From Zygophlyctis sp. KS116 (taxonomy: Eukaryota > Fungi > Chytridiomycota): a stretch of 6,328 nucleotides of DNA. Below are positions 1 to 6,328 of the stretch, piece by piece. Numbering within the stretch: the first letter of the stretch is position 1; each line of letters opens with the position of its first letter. Location of the stretch: positions 1 to 6,328 of the forward strand of contig BAAFSQ010000444.1 of NCBI GenBank assembly GCA_054661495.1, written 5' to 3'. A model generated the notes under the pieces. The model did not search any database, was not told the origin of the DNA, and was given only the letters and a program-made list of their open reading frames with translations. Made by a program: the position numbers and the translations under genes.

Positions 1-76
1 AAACCCATAGCTGGGTTTTTGATAAAACCCAAACCCATAAAACCCAAGGCCTAGAACTGGGTTTTATCCATCCCTG
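1..76. mobile_element. Terminus of a hAT-superfamily DNA transposon or MITE: terminal inverted repeat plus subterminal repeats
   Basis: 62-76 TTTTATCCATCCCTG reverse-complements to CAGGGATGGATAAAA, resembling the maize Ac TIR (CAGGGATGAAA). Six AAACCCA/TGGGTTT motifs precede it (1-7, 12-18, 25-31, 31-37, 40-46, 58-64), as expected of subterminal transposase-binding repeats. The partner end is outside the window. Confidence 0.65.
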
Positions 77-353
77 AAACTGAGCCGTGAATCAACATAA
101 CGATTAAACATTTGATCGATGCCTCGGATTGTTATCATTTACATTTATATTTCGCAACTAAAAGTTATATGCTCTAATTATTGCAGTTAAATTGTTTATA
201 TTTCAGTTTTGCATAGAACTTAAAATTTCCTCATTTTCCAGTTATTGGTCTTTGATGCCTGAGAAATATTTTCCGAGCGCTGCTTTTTCTGTTTTATTGC
301 CGCTTTAACATTGATGTGATTTGAGAACGGAGGAAAATCCAGGTTCCCCATCT

Positions 354-528
354 TTATCTGTGCATGATAAGACTCAATAGCATGTGTGGTTTAGTTCGTC
401 TATATAATCCCCATTTTTCACTATTGCGCATATACTTTTTAACATACGATCTTTCTTGATTATTTTTGGCCTCTTTGTAAGCTTTCTTTATAAAATCATC
501 GAATGTCAATTTAGTTTTTGCAAAAACG
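354..528 (-). pseudogene. Possible Mutator/MULE-type transposase fragment
   Basis: ORF 354-536 contains YVKKYMRNSEKWGLYRRTKPHMLL, resembling the W-x-L-[YW]-x-R...LL segment just before the catalytic TxN..E motif in fungal MULE-like transposases. The TN..E motif itself is absent. Recognised by eye only. Confidence 0.3.
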
Positions 529-637
529 TAGTGCACCGCAAAAGGTCAAATGTATTTGGTGTAATTTTATTTTCAATTCCAAATTTGTTCTTTTTCAAAT
601 CATAAATGAATTTGACCAATATTTGGTAGTAATTCGA

Positions 638-815
638 TTATAGCCAAGATTTCAGACATTGACAGGCCTGAATTGTATCAGGCGAGAGTGAATTCCTTCT
701 ATCTGTAATTAATTCTTTTCCACTTGAGATTAATCTCTCTGAACTTGCAGAAGTACCGGGGATGGCGAGATAATTTCTTGCCATTCGCGATAAATTTGGG
801 TATTTTCTTGAGTTA
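638..815 (-). pseudogene. hAT transposase C-terminal dimerisation domain fragment (Ac-like)
   Basis: KYPNLSRMARNYLAIPGTSASSERLISSGKELITDRRNSLSPDTIQACQCLKSWL* matches the Dimer_Tnp_hAT consensus (YPxLxxxAxxxLxIPxxSxxSERxFS...RxxL) including the catalytic E. It ends in a natural-looking stop, and the N-terminal part is missing. Confidence 0.92.
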
Positions 816-1543
816 GTAAATAATGTTAGTAACATGAGAGTTAATATTTATTTTTATACTAGGGGCATGGGAAATAATTGAAAGTAAATATCCACAAGTT
901 TTTGCGAACGGTTGTGCAGCACATGTTTTAAATCTCTTGATTGGAGATATTTACAAATTAAAGCAAGAAACAATAGAAGATGCTCGTTTTGTGGTGAACT
1001 TTGTAAAAGATAGGGGTCATTTGCTAGCTAAATTCAGAGAGTTACAACGTGCTTTCAAAATAAAGAAAGGTCTATCCCTCCCGGTGCCCACTCGTTGGTA
1101 TACGCAGTTTAATTGCATTGCAAATTTTTTACCAAATAAGGTTTTAGTCAAGAATTTAATTGATACAGATAAACTTGCGGCAATAGTAGAAAATCAAAAG
1201 ACTAAAAACAAGACCAAATTTTTTACTCTGAAAAAAGATGATGAATTTTGGGGAAATTTAGAAATATTGAAAAGGAATCTAGAATATCCTACTTATTTAA
1301 TTGGGAAAATGGAAAGGAATAACTCCAATTTATCTTAGGGTTAGAGTCTGGTCAATTTTCTCCTTCATTCATAGTCGTATAAGAAACAGACTCAAGAACA
1401 AGGAAGTGGAAAAACTGGTTTATGTCTATTGTAATGCAGCTTTATTAGATGAATTTGATACCATTGATTACCAACAAGATAATCATGATGAAGATAATAG
1501 TGGGGATGATACTACAGTAGAGGATGATACTACATTGCTTTGA
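816..1543 (+). pseudogene. hAT transposase (DUF659-like subgroup), truncated and internally deleted
   Basis: The frame of ORF 937 extends upstream to GAWEIIESKYPQVFANGCAAHVLNLLIGDI (CxxH at 913-924), preceded by degenerate NNVSNMR (819-839; DNAxNM-like). It continues through PVPTRW. After a junction at ~1340, another frame gives RVWSIFSFIHSRIRNRLKNKEVEKLVYVYCN (dimerisation end) and an acidic tail to the stop at 1543. Confidence 0.88.
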
Positions 1544-1721
1544 ATTAAAAGAATTTGGACATAAAACCTTAGTTTTTAGCGCTGGTACAGTACTTGTTAC
1601 TATGTTCTTCAAAAGTATTCTTTGTAAACCTTACATATTTGATGGAAGATGCTTCATCACAGCAATTAGGGTGTGCGCGCCTAGGGTAAAAACGCGCGAA
1701 AATCGTACAAGCCAAATTTCG

Positions 1722-2200
1722 TGACATTTTTAATCAATACTTTTTTACATCATTCTGATGAATAGCAATTGATTCATTCTTCGCAATTCTATGCCCAGTG
1801 TAACACATCTAAACTCCACAAGAGTTTTGATCATATAGCTTTGAAGATTGGCCGAGTCTCACATTTAATTCATGCCCAGTGTAAGTTTGGATTAATTCAA
1901 TAATACCTTCTTTATCAAGTACTCATAACGCCCTATCGAAGTTAAAATGATTAATATACCAGTAAACATTGTCAATATTAATAGGAAAAAACAAATTATC
2001 ATAGTTTAGCAGAGACTTCTTAAATTTGTAACATTTAAACCAGATTAAAGACTTGTAATGAAATAAGTATTGAAGAACATTGAAGACTCATACGCAGCTT
2101 CCAACAAATGTAGATAAGCATTGATCATTTCATCATTTAACCACACTTGATTATTACAGAGTCTGTTTAATAATGTTTGAGAAATTGGAATATTGTTCAA
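1722..2200 (-). pseudogene. Ulp1/SENP-family (peptidase C48) protease domain, degenerate
   Basis: NNIPISQTLLNRL..WLNDEMINAYLHLL..FFNTYF, then after a frameshift LLNYDNLFFPINIDNVYW (catalytic H-W reads Y-W at 1964-1959) and LYDQNSCGV (Cys at 1820-1818), ending IHQNDVKKY*LKM. Contains several stops. Confidence 0.85.
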
Positions 2201-2610
2201 AATCTCGTAATATAATAATATTTTCAAGTTTATCAGACCGAGTAACGGCTGTATAGAATAGTCTAGAGTTAAAATTACAATACTTCACATCTAAAAGTAG
2301 TATTCCAGTATGTGTAAGTGATTGAACTGAATGTACAGTATTTTATAGATGATCTTCTTGCATCTGAACTAGGAGTTAATCCTAGTCGAGAACAAATAAG
2401 TTCTCCCGCAATGATGGATGCAGCCATATTAGTATATGCTCCAACAACCAGATTTTCAGATAAATTACTTGTTTGCAAGTATTCCTTAAAAGCATGCAAG
2501 ACAGTTGATTTTCCGGTGCCAGCGGGTCCAGTTAAAATTAATTTCATTGATTTTGACCTGTAAGAATTGTTTAATTGTTGGTTTACGACATGTTTGAAAA
2601 TGTTGAACAC
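2200..2610 (-). pseudogene. PIF1-family SF1B helicase of a Helitron, internally deleted
   Basis: Walker A GPAGTGKS (2529-2506) and motif Ia AYTNMAASIIAGELICSRLGL. In another frame from 2339, motif V TVHSVQSLT and motif VI LFYTAVTRSDKLENIIILRD (Y at 2255). Motifs II-IV are missing. Confidence 0.88.
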
Positions 2611-3210
2611 TATTTTTAACTCGCTGAATATGGATATTATCTGGTAAAAATTTCATCTGTGTTGAGTATCCGCATAATATCATATCATTGCTATTGCTAA
2701 CATCATTTTCTAAATCAGATTCCAAATTCCATTCGAAATATTCTGAAATATCTCCAAATTTAGGTCCATCTTCCTTATTATTCTGGATTATGTTAGTTTC
2801 ACCTCTTTCATCTTCTTTAATTGATTAATGTATCTATCAAAGTGAGGATCCGCTATTTGTTTTAAAATATCGTATAATTTCAGTATAGTTAAATCAGACA
2901 TTTGTATTTCGGTATGTATGCCACCAAAATTGATGACATTATCTGAGTCAACATTTGAATATCCCCACGACAAGAACGCCATAATCATTTGTTGTTTCGA
3001 TTGATTCGAGTCTTCTGAAAATCGATTGTACGGGAATATATTAACTGACCGTATATCTTTTTGAACTGTGTTTTTTTGATTTTTATTCTTATGTTCACAG
3101 TAACTTCCGCAAGAATGCAATTGGATAGATTTTTCTACATTATGAAGATCTTTAATAGTTTCATTTTCATCACCATTGATATTCATCCGTTTTGAACACG
3201 GATGCTCATC
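2611..3210 (-). pseudogene. Helitron Rep-domain and Rep-helicase linker fragments
   Basis: HPCSKR (from 3204)...DLHNVEKSIQLHSCGSYC (QLHSCGSYC at 3123-3097) resembles the HP...D...QxHxCxxYC segment of Helitron Rep. MIMAFLSW resembles the linker F-x-[PS]-W motif. It lies upstream of, and on the same strand as, the PIF1 motifs. The HUH and catalytic Tyr motifs were not seen. Confidence 0.6.
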
Positions 3211-3229
3211 AAGATCCGAAGTCCCAGGT

Positions 3230-3548
3230 TGGTATGTTTCCTTTTCAATAGGCTGTTTAAAGTTTTTAAGTATTTGATATGCACCTAGATTTTAAGTATT
3301 TGAAATGCATCTAGATTTATAACATGCGCCATACATTCAATCTTATTCCATGCTACACTAAAGCCTGAATCTGGATATTTTTCATTGTAATAATTTTCAA
3401 GAAAAGCCATCATAGTAGAGTTGTTGCTAGCATTATCAGCGGTAACTTAAAGTAATCTCTTTGAAATTTCATAATCTTCTACTACTTCAATAAAAGCTCA
3501 TGACAAGGTTTTACCATCATGTTCACCATCCAAGTATTTGAAAGCCAG
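3230..3548 (-). pseudogene. hAT transposase catalytic-core fragment (Ac-like), not in the ORF track
   Basis: Manual translation from 3548: LAFKYLDGEHDGKTLS*AFIEVVEDYEISKRLL*VTADNASNNSTMMAFLENYYNEKYPDSGFSVAWNKIECMAHVINL. It carries HxG, DNASN (D at 3437-3435) and CxxH (3335-3324) motifs, with stops at 3500-3498 and 3449-3447. Confidence 0.92.
3267..3318. repeat. 26-bp tandem duplication (24/26 identical)
   Basis: TAAGTATTTGATATGCACCTAGATTT (3267-3292) and TAAGTATTTGAAATGCATCTAGATTT (3293-3318). It frameshifts the hAT fragment just after CMAHVINL. Confidence 0.95.
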
Positions 3549-3756
3549 TTATATGTAAAATATAAGTTTAAACCTAACTCAATGAAAGGGTAACGTGATA
3601 TAATAAACTAATTTTTAACCGAAAGTTAGGGCAGAAGTCTTGTCGAAATTTTTAACTGCTTACAAAAGATCTCAGTATCAGAGAGATAAGACAGAATTCA
3701 AATTCAAGGATAGACATGAGGTTTTTTGTGGATATACTAAAGAACAATTTGATAAG

Positions 3757-3783
3757 GTGATAGTGACATTTAAGATTTTTTAG
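3757..3783 (+). other. 27-nt GT-AG spliceosomal intron (predicted)
   Basis: AAG|GTGATAGTGACATTTAAGATTTTTTAG|TTA. The sequence ends in an in-frame TAG; removing it joins EQFDK to LCIFFL. Confidence 0.65.
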
Positions 3784-4134
3784 TTATGCATATTTTTTCT
3801 TGATGAAAACAAACTTAACCCACGGAAATCAGAAACAGTTTTGATTTTCTATTAGCATTTGATTGTTTCAAGAGGAGAATTTAAAAGACTTGCCACGTTG
3901 CCAGATTTTGGACTCCTAGACTGTGATGCCAGAGAACGACCCACGCCATGCAAGGCTGTATGTAGTTCTGATAATGAACCAGGGCAAAACTATAAATAGA
4001 CAAATAGAGTATGGTGGTATGATCAGACATAAGTCTGTACAGTGCTGTGGGGTGGGCACGCTTGCATTATATTTTTTTTCAAGGTATCATATTGAAGGTG
4101 TACCATTTATTGATTTTAAACAAAAGAATAACTG

Positions 4135-4156
4135 GTATATATAGCTGAAATTACAG
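4135..4156 (+). other. 22-nt GT-AG spliceosomal intron (predicted)
   Basis: TG|GTATATATAGCTGAAATTACAG|G. Removal eliminates the stop at 4142-4144 and gives NNWYNIPLLPG, fitting the Crypton W-Y-x-I-x-L-L-x-G pattern. Confidence 0.75.
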
Positions 4157-4400
4157 GTATAACATTCCATTACTTCCAGGGAGAGAGTCTTTAAAAAAAA
4201 TGAAGGAGCTCAAGCCTGTTAGGTGTTGCAGCCAGATTACATTTAATTGATTCAGGTGTGGAATATAACGTTATTAGAAAAATGGGCAGATTGAATGGAG
4301 ACGTGATGATGAATGCTTACATCACTAATTTGCCTTGGTCAGCGTTTCGCCCTCTTGCTGGTTTGCCTGGAACGCCTGGCTCACATTTTTTGAAGCGCTA

Positions 4401-4589
4401 CGTTGAGTTAGTTTGGAATATTTTGGAGACAAGATCAATTTATCAAAAATTATTCCTAAATATTTACTACTATCTCAGTACCTAAAGGGGCTTTCAGATA
4501 AAGTCTGATGAAATCCTTTTACGTTTTTCTTCTACCCTTAAAGTCTGTGAATGTGGCTAAGCCTTTCCTAGGGTTAAAGTGCTGCCACA
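4401..4589 (-). repeat. 3' LTR of Gypsy A (left boundary uncertain, 4401 to ~4490)
   Basis: Starts TGTGGCAGC at 4589 directly after the PPT. A possible degenerate end is ...CTCAACG at 4401 (CAACA with one change), about where clear Crypton similarity stops; 4435-4465 could instead still be Crypton coding sequence. Confidence 0.5.
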
Positions 4590-4601
4590 TCACCCACCTC
4601 C
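4590..4601 (-). other. Polypurine tract of Gypsy A
   Basis: Minus-strand GGAGGTGGGTGA lies just after the chromodomain and immediately before TGTGG. Confidence 0.7.
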
Positions 4602-5928
4602 AAAGACAATTTAGCTCGATTTTTCCAGTATAATCTGATGACTTACTTATCATCAAAATGAGAGACAGGTTCCCACGTCGTAAGTCCATGAAAATCTTTC
4701 CACAATACTAAGTAGTCATAAGAATTTCTGAGGCTCTGCGGTGATCCAAGATGGACTGAACAACATATGTGGGTTCATCAGGCCATACGCATTTGTATAA
4801 TTTGAGATGACATGGTGGAAACCTCCGTTTGAGTAAGGCATGGCGATCCTTCAAAGTGTAACTGCCTCCACGATTCTTTTTTACCACAATAAATGGGCCT
4901 TCATAGAATTGTTGCCATTTTGAAACACGGGTCACATCTTTAGCCATTACAAAATCACCTTCCTTGAACTGAATTATTGGATTTTGCTGGCTGAACTTTA
5001 GTTCTTTTTTTATGCCATCAGTAATAACCTTCTCATAGAGAGCCGGATAAACCATTTCCTTCATAGTGAGAGCAAAAGGGGCCGAATTGGTTCTGCGAGA
5101 TATACGAAAATTCATGGCTAATTGAATAAAAGGCAAATGATCAGACCACTAATTTAGAGCACCCTGACAGACTTTTCTGAGCATCGCACCAACGTCCTTA
5201 TTCACTCGCTCTACGCTTCCATTCGCGCGAGGATGATAGGCAGTGATCAACCGATGGCTAACTCCATGTAACTTATTGAATTCAGCAAGAAGCTGGTTCA
5301 CGAATTCAGGTCCTTGATCTGATTGAATAATTTCAAATAGGCAGAAAACTGAAGATATTCTCCATAATTCAGTCACCACTTCATCCATCATTTTTGATTT
5401 TAGTGGAGAAAGCAGGATGAATCTAGTGCAAAGGCAAATGACTACTAGAATATTTCTAAATCCACCATCAGACTCTGGTAATTCCGTGATTAAGTCAACA
5501 GCAATATGAGTCCAAGGCGGTCTAAGAAGGATGATATCCTGCTTCTTGAATGTTATTACGCGCACAAGCAATACACGTAGATATTCTCATCTGTATCAAT
5601 TCTTTTATCTGTGTCCCATTGTACCCGTCTGATCGTAATTTTTTGTAAACCATGTCAGGACCAAAATGTTGCATGTTTTGATCATCTTTTATATTGCCTA
5701 ACCAAGCACCGATTCCAACGTCTGAAGCATCAGTTGCTAAGACCAATGGTTTATCAAGATGATTTAATTGAGTGATATTCATAAAGCGATATTTGAGATC
5801 CTCAAATGCTTTAATGAATTCATCTGTATGATTAATTGCTTTCTTATGGCGTTTTACATCTAATGGTGCGCTTATAGTACTGTAAGAAGCAATGAACTGT
5901 CGATAATAATTGCATAATCCTAGAAAAC
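4590..5928 (-). mobile_element. pol: Ty3/Gypsy chromovirus-like LTR retrotransposon A, pol 3' part (pseudogenised)
   Basis: RT thumb FLGLCNYYRQFI..APL from ~5926; RNase H start LATDASDVGIGAWL; integrase Zn-finger HFG..CIAC; core AVDL..SDQG..VER with 35 residues between D and E; in-frame TAG at 5151-5149; GPY/F YEGPF; chromodomain YVVQSILDH / YLVLWKDF..TWEPVSHFDDK*VIRLYW. The RT-RH-IN order is Gypsy-type. Confidence 0.95.
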
Positions 5929-6117
5929 TGTAAAAGTTAACGGTTGTTGGCCTTTTTTTCTCAGAAAGTCTTAGAGAATTAATTGACTTTATTTACCTTA
6001 GAGAATTAATGACTTTAATTCCTCTAAGGTGCGCTACGCGTCTTTGATCCTTTTATTTTCAAGCGGAGTTTGACTTTTGATCTTCGCCTATCAGCTACTT
6101 TCTCTGAACTTGCTACA
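5929..6117 (-). repeat. Complete 189-bp 3' LTR of Gypsy B
   Basis: The minus strand begins TGTAG at 6117 right after PPT AGGGGGG (6124-6118) and ends TTACA at 5929, exactly where the RT frame of element A begins. It has TGTA...TACA termini and AATAAA at 5993-5988. Confidence 0.8.
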
Positions 6118-6328
6118 CCCCCCTAGCTGAAAAATACTGATCAATTGCTTCTTGACAATGAGGAAGATCTGCTGCAAATAGCCATTGTCGTGTATCCATA
6201 TATAGATTTTTGAATTTAACTAGATACTGCAAATGCTTTCGCCAGTAGCGTTGATCTAGAATCTTCTCTACTTCCCACTCCTCGGCGTCATCTATAATAT
6301 CCGGTTCCGCTACAGGAGCATTAGGTCG
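6113..6328 (-). CDS. C-terminal chromodomain of the integrase of Gypsy B (open frame, 5'-truncated by the window edge; not in the ORF track)
   Basis: RPNAPVAEPDIIDDAEEWEVEKILDQRYWRKHLQYLVKFKNLYMDTRQWLFAADLPHCQEAIDQYFSARGV*. Chromodomain signature E-W-EVEKIL..QYLVK..W, followed by PPT and LTR. Confidence 0.88.
   Translation of the reverse strand, partial: RPNAPVAEPDIIDDAEEWEVEKILDQRYWRKHLQYLVKFKNLYMDTRQWLFAADLPHCQEAIDQYFSARGV

Larger units (their letters stand above)
1666..3210 (-). mobile_element. Degenerate Helitron (Rep-PIF1-Ulp1) relic
   Basis: Collinear Rep-like, PIF1 (I, Ia, V, VI) and Ulp1 fragments on the minus strand, with a candidate hairpin + CTAA 3' end at 1666-1698. The 5' end is absent. 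Confidence 0.7.
3619..4405 (+). pseudogene. Crypton-type tyrosine recombinase (Ndc10 domain II-like), intron-containing, frameshifted
   Basis: Across frameshifts and introns: PKVR..KDRHEVFCGYTKEQFDK | LCIFFL..IRNSFDFLL..SRGEFKRLATLPDF (R at 3871)..PTPCKA..IMNQGKTIN..EYGGMIRHKSVQCCGVGTLALYFFSRY..DF..NNW|YNIPLLPG..GVAAR..GVEYNVIRKMGRLNGDVMMNAYITNLP..LAGLP (catalytic-position Y at 4318-4320). This matches the Crypton/Ndc10 motif order. Confidence 0.85.

Noticed and set aside
1-68. Telomeric repeat array
   Set aside because: The motifs are irregularly spaced, in both orientations, and end in an Ac-like TIR, so they fit subterminal transposon repeats better.
77-353. Possible coding remnant on the minus strand
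   Set aside because: Only short open stretches with no recognisable motif.
1524-1724. Plus-strand 66-aa ORF
   Set aside because: Spans the hAT 3' region and a putative element terminus; no motif, so probably spurious.
2318-2563. Plus-strand 81-aa ORF
   Set aside because: Antisense shadow of the PIF1 helicase fragment; no recognisable motif.
3267-3318. CRISPR-like repeats (also 5970-6017)
   Set aside because: Only two adjacent copies each, with no real spacers, no cas genes and a eukaryotic context.
4407-4433. Possible further 27-nt GT-AG intron in the Crypton
   Set aside because: It is in frame with no stop, and the segment may belong to LTR A; cannot be supported.
1722-5151. Ciliate-type genetic code (TAA/TAG = Gln), suggested by tiny introns and some in-frame TAR codons
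   Set aside because: In-frame TGA stops and frameshifts also occur, the TAG after CGV sits at a normally aromatic position, and TAA/TAG act as natural terminators at 638-640 and 6113-6115. Ordinary pseudogene decay explains the pattern.
4401-6117. LTR A and LTR B as the paired LTRs of one element (both could be 189 bp)
   Set aside because: The sequences are dissimilar beyond the first few bases, and each follows its own chromodomain and PPT, so both are 3' LTRs. A's length is itself uncertain.
1-6328. Repeat-induced point mutation (RIP) signature
   Set aside because: Some lesions fit C-to-T changes (e.g. CAC to TAC at 1964), but CpA sites and Gln/Trp codons remain plentiful; this cannot be claimed without consensus alignments.

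Overview
AT-rich eukaryotic DNA made almost entirely of decayed, abutting or nested transposable-element fragments; no intact host gene is recognisable. Left to right: a hAT terminus (1-76); a possible MULE-type transposase fragment (-); a hAT C-terminal dimerisation fragment (-); a second, DUF659-like hAT transposase (+); a Helitron relic (-) with Rep-like, PIF1 helicase and Ulp1/SENP protease pieces; a third hAT catalytic-core fragment (-); an intron-containing Crypton/Ndc10-type tyrosine recombinase (+); a chromodomain Ty3/Gypsy element A (-) with RT thumb, RNase H, integrase, chromodomain, PPT and 3' LTR; and the chromodomain, PPT and complete 189-bp 3' LTR of a second Gypsy element B apparently inserted into A's RT. 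The most unusual signals are GT-AG introns of only 22-27 nt, a Helitron Rep-PIF1-Ulp1 domain order, and repeated internal deletions that shorten every element. The repertoire suggests a fungus or early-diverging fungal relative (inference). All family assignments come from motif recognition by eye, not database searches.
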